The notes under the pieces were generated by a model, which was given only the letters and a program-made list of their open reading frames with translations, did no database searches and was not told the DNA's origin. 64,000 nucleotides of DNA from a virus. Its lineage: Duplodnaviria; Caudoviricetes. Below, in pieces: positions 55,920 through 63,700 of the stretch; position 1 is the first letter of the stretch; the number at the start of each line of letters is the position of its first letter. A program made the translations under genes and the position numbers. The stretch is from the IMG/VR virus record IMGVR_UViG_3300029288_000175, positions 222-64,221 of that record; one strand, 5' to 3'.

Positions 55920-56126
55920 ATGGCAGCTTGGCAGGTAGTGATGCCGCAGGTGGTAGCGACGCTCGTTGAGCGGTTCGGTAGCGCGCGCGCCGCGGCCGAG
56001 GCGTTGGACGTGGACCCGGCGCAGTTGTCGCGCTGGAAGGGCGGCCAGGAGCCGCGCGTCGCGGTGCTCCAGCGCGTCGTCGCCGGCTGCCCCGACGTCA
56101 GACCGTTAATCAGGAGCATGTTCTAG
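55920..56126 (+). CDS. Cro/Xre-like HTH transcriptional regulator
   Basis: SARAAAEALDVDPAQLSRWKGG.EP; AGGAGGG RBS. Confidence 0.8.
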   Translation: MAAWQVVMPQVVATLVERFGSARAAAEALDVDPAQLSRWKGGQEPRVAVLQRVVAGCPDVRPLIRSMF

Positions 56127-56173
56127 CGTTCTATCCCACCCGCCTGGGCAACGAGTGGTAGACGGAGAGGATC

Positions 56174-56359
56174 GTGCCAGAGGACCATGAACAACTTAAT
56201 ATGACCACCGACAATCGCCCTCGAGCGGGGGCGCCGATCCGATGGCAGGTTGCCCACCCTGCCTACATGGTCCCGGATCAGCGCCGCCTCGCGAGGGCGA
56301 TTTCGCGTCCCCAGGAGGGCAACAGTGTCAGGGTATCCTCGTTCCCCGCGCCACCGTGA
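56174..56359 (+). CDS. hypothetical small protein
   Basis: GGAGAGG RBS. Confidence 0.4.
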   Translation: MPEDHEQLNMTTDNRPRAGAPIRWQVAHPAYMVPDQRRLARAISRPQEGNSVRVSSFPAPP

Positions 56360-56714
56360 CGGCGCATCACACCGGTGCTGGTACTGCGGCGACGTGCTCC
56401 AGTCAGGCACCACGACCATCGACCACGTGATCCCCAAGAGTCGCGGGGGCCTCGGCCTCCAGGGCAACACCGTGTATGCCTGCCGGCGCTGCAACGCCAC
56501 CAAGGACGACCTGCTGCTGGACGAGTTCCGCGAGTGGATAACCGACGGCGTTGCAGCGCCGTTGCGGGACGCCATGGAGCACCTGGACGTCGTCCGCCGC
56601 CTGCTGCCACCTGAGACGGCGCGGACCGTCACAGCGCGGATCAACGAGGCCATGGCGGAGTTGTACGGGGCCCCGATCGTGTTCTACGGCGAGCGAAACG
56701 CGAGACGGAGGTAG
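56325..56714 (+). CDS. HNH endonuclease
   Basis: CWYCG...TIDHVIPKSRGG....N...ACRRCN..K; AGGAGG before GTG 56325. Confidence 0.85.
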   Translation: MSGYPRSPRHRDGASHRCWYCGDVLQSGTTTIDHVIPKSRGGLGLQGNTVYACRRCNATKDDLLLDEFREWITDGVAAPLRDAMEHLDVVRRLLPPETARTVTARINEAMAELYGAPIVFYGERNARRR

Positions 56715-56718
56715 AGGC

Positions 56719-57624
56719 ATGAGCATCAGGGCCATGCAGGCCGTGTTCGACTCCAGTCAGCAGAAGGCCGGCCACCGGTTGGTGTTGCTCACCATCGCCA
56801 ACTGCGCCAACGACGACGGCGTGGCGTGGCCGTCCCTAGACCACCTGGCCGCCATGTGCAACGCCACGCGCGGGTACGTCAAGGACGCCATCAAGGCGCT
56901 GTGCAGCGCCGGCGAGTTGGAGGTGATCACCCGCACGGCCGTGTCCGGTGCCAGCCGCAGCAACTACTACCACATCCTCGTCCCCGGAGCCGCCAGCTCC
57001 ACCTACGACCCGGCGGACTACACCTCACCGGCCACCGCATCCCCTGCCACTCCCGCCCAGACACGGCCACCTGCTCAGACCCCTCCCCCGGCCGCGACTC
57101 AGCCTGCCGACTCGCTCCGGGAGGGGGGTGCAGGGACACCCCTGGGAGGGGGGTGCAGGGACACCCCTGGGAGGGGGGTGCAGGGACACCCCGGAGGGGG
57201 GTGCAGGGACACCCCATATCCCACATTAGATCCAAGAGAGAGAGCCACGCCCCTATCGGGGCGTGCGCCGGCGCCCCAGTCCCCACCGGCGTATGCCTGC
57301 CAGCAATGCCAGAGGGTGTTCCGCACGCGGGGGGCGCTCACGTTGCACCTGCGCCGGGACCACGATGGCGGGCACGACAGCGACGCCGTGACGGCGTACA
57401 GGCGCCACACCAAATGCGCGCCCAACCAGGAGCAACGAGCCGCGATCACGGCAGCCGTTGCCGACCTGCCCCTGTGGGAGGAGGTCCTCACCGAGTGGAT
57501 GGTGCACCGGTGGCGGCCCACTAACGTCGCCAACATCATCGACCGCTACCAGCGGCTGGCCAAGGAGCGCGCCACGAGCATCTCGCCCACGGCGGTGACG
57601 GCCGACATGATCATACGCCGGTGA
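56719..57624 (+). CDS. phage replication initiator (N-terminal wHTH, C2H2 finger, DnaD-like C-terminus)
   Basis: LVLLTIANCANDDGVAWPSLDHLA; CQQCQRVF....L..H...H; internal iterons. Confidence 0.8.
   Translation: MSIRAMQAVFDSSQQKAGHRLVLLTIANCANDDGVAWPSLDHLAAMCNATRGYVKDAIKALCSAGELEVITRTAVSGASRSNYYHILVPGAASSTYDPADYTSPATASPATPAQTRPPAQTPPPAATQPADSLREGGAGTPLGGGCRDTPGRGVQGHPGGGCRDTPYPTLDPRERATPLSGRAPAPQSPPAYACQQCQRVFRTRGALTLHLRRDHDGGHDSDAVTAYRRHTKCAPNQEQRAAITAAVADLPLWEEVLTEWMVHRWRPTNVANIIDRYQRLAKERATSISPTAVTADMIIRR
57121..57215 (+). repeat. four 22-bp iterons, putative replication origin
   Basis: GAGGGGGGTGCAGGGACACCCC at 57121, 57146, 57171 and 57194. Confidence 0.85.
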
Positions 57625-57667
57625 TAGTGCACGCGCGTGCACGACTTGGGGACACGGGAGAACAACG

Positions 57668-58090
57668 ATGCGTGAAGCCGATGTGCTGGACCACATATGG
57701 GCACGGCCGCCATATCGCGAGATACGGTGGATAGAGCGGCGTGATGATGCCATCGTTGATGGCGGCGTGATCCGCCACTGCTTGGGAACCATGAGGTTTT
57801 ATACCGCGTGCGGGCTGGTCCTGCGTCAAGCGCCATTCCCGGACGGGCCAGTCCTCGACGACATGTTCTGGTACCCGAAAAACGGTCTGTCAACCTCGTT
57901 CGCGTGCCCTCGCGGCTACCAGAACATGGTGTACCACTGCTACGTGGCGCCAGATGGGACTGCGGAGGTGACATACAGTCGTTCCACCCGGTGGCCGATG
58001 GCTCCGGTGACGCGGTGGTGGACAGATGATGACTGGTACGCGCGGTTCTGCCCTGACGTTTGCGCGCGTGCGTGCACGACCAGGAGGTAA
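57668..58090 (+). CDS. hypothetical protein
   Basis: GGGAGA RBS. Confidence 0.6.
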   Translation: MREADVLDHIWARPPYREIRWIERRDDAIVDGGVIRHCLGTMRFYTACGLVLRQAPFPDGPVLDDMFWYPKNGLSTSFACPRGYQNMVYHCYVAPDGTAEVTYSRSTRWPMAPVTRWWTDDDWYARFCPDVCARACTTRR

Positions 58091-58093
58091 CAC

Positions 58094-58744
58094 GTGGACC
58101 AGAACGTGAGTGACGCCACGGTGCGTGACTGCGCCGTGTCCGAGTTGGTCGTCGCCGTAGCGGCCATCGACCGCGCCCTGGACACAGAGGCGATGGAGCA
58201 GCACCTCAAGGGCGTGCCTGATGACGACCTGCCGGTGCTGTACGAGACGTTCCGCTCCGTCCATGAGCGGTCCTGGCAGTGCCAGTGCCTCGTGGTGACC
58301 GAGATGATGCGCCGGGTGCGGTGGGGGGAGGGGCGGGCTGAGTCGGTACGTGAGGCGCTGGGCATGGGCAGCGTCAGGACGGTGCAGTACCGCGCCGCCG
58401 TTGGCGCGATGCTCACCGATCCGGAGGTGCAGTCCGCCGTGCCCGTGCTCGGTGGCGAGACGTGGTTTCGCATCGCCACCGACTCCCCCGACCCTAAGGC
58501 CGCCATCGTCATGGCAGCCGACCGTAAGGCCGCCGACCCCGGCTACAGCACGCGCCAGTTCGCCGCCGAGGTGCGCGGCCAGGACCCACCGACCATCGAA
58601 CGGATCGTGCTGGTGGGGGAGGATACGGGAGCCAATGTGCGGCTAGCGGAGCGGTTGGCCCGCAGCTACAACGTGCGCGTGGAGATACGCGAGGTGCTGA
58701 GCGCACCACCTCTAGGAGCGTATGGGCCGGTGGCGCCGGCCTAG
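58094..58744 (+). CDS. hypothetical phage protein
   Basis: AGGAGG RBS. Confidence 0.7.
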   Translation: MDQNVSDATVRDCAVSELVVAVAAIDRALDTEAMEQHLKGVPDDDLPVLYETFRSVHERSWQCQCLVVTEMMRRVRWGEGRAESVREALGMGSVRTVQYRAAVGAMLTDPEVQSAVPVLGGETWFRIATDSPDPKAAIVMAADRKAADPGYSTRQFAAEVRGQDPPTIERIVLVGEDTGANVRLAERLARSYNVRVEIREVLSAPPLGAYGPVAPA

Positions 58745-58897
58745 TTGTGCTTGTCCACACGGCGTGCTACGCTGGTAGCACACGTTTCCATCCACACAGG
58801 CGGCCAGGACCCCGCGCCAACACCGGCGCAACCTGGCCGCCGACCTGTTTTCCACCACCGCGCCGAAACTCGCCCCCATTTTGGTCCCATCACCCTA

Positions 58898-58926
58898 TTG
58901 CGCGCGCGCAACGGATGTTGTACAAT
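58898..58926 (+). promoter_or_regulatory. boxed early promoter
   Basis: TTGCGC-17bp-TACAAT; TTGCGCGCGCGCAA 58898-58911. Confidence 0.75.
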
Positions 58927-58952
58927 GGACTCAGAACGATGGAGGTGCGGTG

Positions 58953-59582
58953 ATGAACCAGGGGAAGCTGAGCGTGAAGAAGGGTGACACGGTGATCTGG
59001 GACAGGTTTGGCGACTGCGGCGTCTATCGCGGCACCGCGCACCTGAGCGCACAGAAGATCGCCATGGTCAGGAAGGACGGCATCATCGTCCTGGAGAACG
59101 GAGGATGGTTCACGGTCCAGGGGTTCGCTCGCGGTAAGGCGAGCGGCCGGATCATGGAGGCCACGCCGGAACTCCTGGCCGAGGCCGAGCGGCAAGCCGC
59201 CGAGAGACTGGAGGAGCGCCGCCGTCTGGAGAAGCAGAATGACGAGGTGCGAGCGCAGATTGCGAATGCGGCGGCCGAGCGCCACGAGGAAGCCCGCCGT
59301 ATCTTCGGGGAGCAGGTAGAGGCGGCCACCGAACCCATGCCCGGTATCCATCAGACGGTCATCACCTGGCCCGACGGCACGAAGCGGTTCCTGGTAGCAA
59401 CCGTGCACCAGGTGCGGCACTTCAACTATGGCGAGTGCCGCGAGTACACCGCCGTGTCGGTGGGCGTGACGCTGTTCCAGGAGACGGAGTACCGCTGGGC
59501 ACGCGTGGACATGGAGCGTGAGGCGGATACCTGGCAGGAGGCGGTCTACGAGGCGCTGGGCGGCGAACTGCCCAACAAGTGA
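58953..59582 (+). CDS. hypothetical early protein
   Basis: GGAGG RBS. Confidence 0.7.
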   Translation: MNQGKLSVKKGDTVIWDRFGDCGVYRGTAHLSAQKIAMVRKDGIIVLENGGWFTVQGFARGKASGRIMEATPELLAEAERQAAERLEERRRLEKQNDEVRAQIANAAAERHEEARRIFGEQVEAATEPMPGIHQTVITWPDGTKRFLVATVHQVRHFNYGECREYTAVSVGVTLFQETEYRWARVDMEREADTWQEAVYEALGGELPNK

Positions 59583-59587
59583 TCGTA

Positions 59588-59653
59588 GCCGAAAGCCCCC
59601 CAGCGCGGGGGGTTCCGCCGGGGCTGGCCGCCCGACGCTGATGAGGCAGGCTG
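59588..59653 (+). ncRNA. type II hammerhead ribozyme
   Basis: GCC-GAAA-stem III-UUC-stem I-CUGAUGA-GGC with possible loop I/3' pseudoknot. Confidence 0.8.
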
Positions 59654-59665
59654 AGGAGAGGTGCA

Positions 59666-60256
59666 GTGATGGGTGTGAAGATGACGAGGAATGATGCGGG
59701 GGAGATCGAGCTGTCTACGCCGTTTCACCCGAGCGTCCCGCCAGCCGCGCGTGATCTGGGAGGGAAGTGGATCGCATCGCGCGAGGTATGGACGTTCGAC
59801 CCACGTGACGAGTCGAACGTACGCGAGATGGTGCGGCGCATCTTCGGCACTGACGGCAGCGATCAGCCGCGGCTGGTCACGGTCATGCACCGCGTGACCT
59901 CTCGGGAGAGTCAGAACTCGACGCTCTGGTTCTGCGGGCGCGAGGTGGCGCAGCGCCCCGTGCGCGATGCGCGGGTGCGGCTCGGTACCGGGGTCCGGTA
60001 CGCTGGCGATGCTCAGTTCCCCGGTTCTGGTGGCAGCGCGAAGTACCCTGCGCTGAACGCCACTGGTCTGGTGCTCGAGATCCGCGACGTGCCAGTGGAG
60101 TTGGCAGTCGCAGCAGTGAACGACGACACGTGGATCGTTGATGATGTGGGCCCGGTCGAGCCCGTGGGGGAGTCCGACGACCCGCTCGCCGGCACCGACG
60201 ACGCTGTGCTCGTGGCGGAGATGGAGCGTCGCGGGTACGTCGTAAGCCGCAGGTGA
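59666..60256 (+). CDS. hypothetical early protein (HARP-like N-terminus)
   Basis: TPFHP....ARDLGGKW....WTF; GAGGAG RBS. Confidence 0.7.
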   Translation: MMGVKMTRNDAGEIELSTPFHPSVPPAARDLGGKWIASREVWTFDPRDESNVREMVRRIFGTDGSDQPRLVTVMHRVTSRESQNSTLWFCGREVAQRPVRDARVRLGTGVRYAGDAQFPGSGGSAKYPALNATGLVLEIRDVPVELAVAAVNDDTWIVDDVGPVEPVGESDDPLAGTDDAVLVAEMERRGYVVSRR

Positions 60257-60325
60257 GCCGAAACGCCCGCGTGTAGGCGCGGGCATTCGCCGGGGCTGGC
60301 CGCCCGGCGCTGACGAGGCAGGCCA
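60257..60325 (+). ncRNA. type II hammerhead ribozyme (second copy)
   Basis: GCC-GAAA-stem III-AUU-7-bp stem I-CUGACGA-GGC; UGGCC/GGCCA pseudoknot; C-A mismatch next to the core. Confidence 0.65.
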
Positions 60326-60339
60326 CTGGGGAGGGCACG

Positions 60340-60534
60340 ATGGCAACAGTGACAGAGCAGCGCACCACGCTTCGCGTCATCTGCGCCTGGTGCGGGCGCG
60401 TGCTCGGCACCAAGGACGGCAAGGGCATCAGTGGCGACAGCCATACCTGCTGCCACGAGTGCCTCACCAAGATGCTCGCCGGCGTGTGCGAAGTGCCGGA
60501 CACGGACGATGATGCGGAGGTGGCGTCATGCTGA
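60340..60534 (+). CDS. small zinc-finger protein
   Basis: VICAWCGR.LG.KDG...SH.CC.EC. Confidence 0.75.
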   Translation: MATVTEQRTTLRVICAWCGRVLGTKDGKGISGDSHTCCHECLTKMLAGVCEVPDTDDDAEVASC

Positions 60535-60761
60535 CCGCAGAGCAGGTACGTGAGAAGCGCGCTGAGGCGCAGGGAGAGGTGGTACGGTACGCGGCAATCC
60601 GCGCCGATGCCATGAGACGCTGGAGCGAGGCACTGCAACGCCTAGACCACGACCAGATGCGTACAGCGAACCGTGAGATCGAGGACGCCGGGCGCACGAT
60701 GATGGCGTGGCGGTGGACCAGCGACGCTTTCACAGTGGTACTGGACGGGGAGCCGGAGTGA
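60528..60761 (+). CDS. hypothetical helical protein
   Basis: GGAGG RBS; stop abuts helicase ATG. Confidence 0.65.
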   Translation: MLTAEQVREKRAEAQGEVVRYAAIRADAMRRWSEALQRLDHDQMRTANREIEDAGRTMMAWRWTSDAFTVVLDGEPE

Positions 60762-63700
60762 TGGGCGCTGAATCACGGTTGCTGCTGAGTCGGGCGCTCC
60801 GTCACCTGGCGAGCCGGTGTGACGGGGCGGTCTCGCACGACGATCAGGGATTCGCCGCCCCCGATGTGAGCGACGGCCACCGCTTGGCGCGTGCCGACCA
60901 CGAGTCGTGGACGCTCGCAGAGGCCCAGCGGGCCTGGGAGATTGTCCGGCGCTACTCCGGCCAGCTCGCAGAGGTGGGCATCTCCCCGGCAACGATCCCA
61001 GCCCCGATACCGGAGACGCAGCAGGTCGCCGCCCCAGCCGCCACCAACGGCCACGCCCGCAGGGCCACCCGCGTGGTGACCGTCGAGCAGGGGGTGGTGG
61101 TGATCGCGTTCCCCTACGACGCCGACCTCGTGGCGGCCGTGAAGAGCATCCCCGGCCGGCGGTTCGATTCGGGCCACAAGCACTGGACGGCACCCCTGTC
61201 GTCGCTGGCGGCGGTGCGCGCGTTTGCCGAGAAGCACAGGTTCGTCGTGACCGAGTCGGCCGCGAACGCCCCGGTCACCGAGGCAGCGGCCGCGCCGGCC
61301 CCGCCTAGCAGGACCGTGCGGCTGGACGGCGACCGCCTGGTGGTGCGGTTCGACTATGACGCCGACCTGGTGGCACAGGTGCGGGAGTTGGCCGGCGCCC
61401 GTTGGGACAAGACCGGGCGCCACTGGAGCGTTCCCGTGTCTAGCGCGAGCGTGGCCGCGCTGCGGCGGCTCGGCTTCGTGCCCACGGACCCGAAGGCCCT
61501 CGACGCGGCCGTGGACGGCCTCGCGCGCAACGAGGAGGCCAGCCGCGCTGCCACGTCCACCCTGGAGGTCCCCGGCCTCGGCGGCACGCTGCGGCCGTTC
61601 CAGGCGGCCGGGGTGGCGTACGCTATGAAGCAACGACGATTGTTCATAGCTGATGAGATGGGAACCGGGAAAACTGTGCAGGCGCTGGCAACCGTCCAGG
61701 CCACCAACGCATACCCCGCCCTGGTCGTCTGCCCCGCCTCGCTCAAGCTCAACTGGCAGCGTGAGGCGCGCAAGTGGCTACCCGGCCGGTCGGTCGCCGT
61801 CCTGAACGGGACGATGGACCTGACCGCCGACGTGTGCATCATCAACTACGACGTGCTGGCGCGGCGGTTGGACGCACTGAAGGCGGTCCGCTGGCAGGCG
61901 GTGGTCCTGGACGAGTCACACTACATCAAGAGCGCCAAGGCTCAGCGAACGAAGGCGGCGCAGGAACTGTGCCAGGCGGCACCGCTCCGGCTCCTACTCT
62001 CCGGCACGCCGCTGCTGAACCGGCCCGTCGAGCTGGTGACGCAGTTGCAGGCGCTGGGGCGCCTGGACGAGTTCGGCGGCTCCTGGAAGTTCATCAGCCG
62101 CTACTGTGGGGCCACGCGGACGAAGTACGGCGTTGACATGAGCGGCGCCACCAACCTGGACGAGCTGCACACCCTGCTGCGCCAGCGGTGCCTTCGGGGC
62201 GAAGTTGTGGTAGAATGCGAACATGGACCACTAACTATTGCGGAGATTGTTGAAAGCGAGTTGCCGGTTTCCGTATGGTCGGTGGCAAAGGATGGATGCA
62301 TTGAACTCAGACGAACGGTTGGTTACAGCAAGCGCCATCATCAAGGCGCGTTGGTGCGAGTACGAACAGAGGATGGAAGGTCGTTTGATTGCACCCCCGA
62401 TCATCGGGTTTGGACATCGTGTGGCTACAAACGGGCCGCCGCCCTTACTGGTAGCGATTACGTGTTGGTACTGTGGCAAACGAGTTGTCCGCCGGTGGCA
62501 CGGATTGCAAACCGCCCTAAAGTACTGCTCTCAGAAGTGCGCGGGCAAAGCGGCGGCACAGGACCATGTAAGGGGCCAGCGTATGATGGAAACCAGAGCA
62601 CGCAATCGTGGCCCGGATGTTACGAAGACATGCGAGTGGTGTGGCAAGACGTTCACCGGGCGCAATGTGAAGCAACTGCGGCAACGACGCTTTTGCAGTC
62701 TGTCCTGCTCAAATGCGTGGAAACAAACACTGCCGCATGCACAGAAGACGTTAGCAGCGATGTGGGCGGCACCCAGTCACAAAGGCAAGCGATACCCGGC
62801 AATCAGCGCGGCGTTGAAAGGACGCCGCCGCAGTCAGGAATCAATAGAAAAGGGGCGCGTTACCGCACGAGCAAGGCATCGGCTTCCGGGCCGCAGCGAT
62901 CGCATATCACCCTGTGCACGAAAACTATGCGCGGCGCTAGGGTGGCAGGAACAGTGGTTAGAGTACATGTTGGAGATCAAAAAGCCCCAAGGCAAGTTCA
63001 TAACCGGGGTTCGGAACTTCCTGTATCTAGACTTAGCAAACCCGCAATACAAGTTAGCGGTAGAAGTAGACGGTACTACTCATCGTCTTCTCAGGCAACA
63101 GCAACTAGATGCATGGAAGACGAGAGTACTTCTGTCGTTAGGGTGGCGAGTATTGAGGTACTCCAATCAGCAGGTGACGGACGAGTTGACGGCAGTAGTT
63201 GTGGAGGTGCAGTCGTTTATGACATCGAGGTAGAAGGGAACCACAACTTCTTTGCCAACGGAGTGCTTGTTTCTAACTGCTACGTGCGCCGCACGAAGGC
63301 GCAGGTCCTCGCTGAACTGCCGGCGAAGCAGCGCGTGGCGGTTCCTCTCGAACTCAGCAACGAGGCTGAGTACCGCCGGGCAGAGCGCGACGTGGCCGGC
63401 TACCTGCGTGACCGGGCCGCGGAGCACGCCCGCGAGGATGCCGTGCGCGACGGCGCGGACCTGTTCGCGGCTGAGGCTCGCGCCCGCGCCGCCGGGAACC
63501 GCGCGAGCAGCGCGGCGGAGACGGCGCAGCAGTTGGTGCGGATCGAGGCCCTGAAACGCCTGGCGGCCGAGGGGAAACTGAGGGCAGCGATCGGGTGGGC
63601 GCAGGACTTCCTCGACGCGGCCGAGGGCGAGAAACTCGTGCTGTTCGCCCACCACGTTGACGTACAGCAGCGCCTGTACGACGCGTTCCCCGGCGCGGCG

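Noticed and set aside
57121-57215. Direct repeats as a CRISPR array
   Set aside because: Spacers are only 1-3 bp; the repeats lie inside an initiator gene and fit iterons.
62189-63277. Helicase as a pseudogene interrupted by an endonuclease insertion
   Set aside because: Hand translation shows the helicase frame open throughout with intact intein termini.
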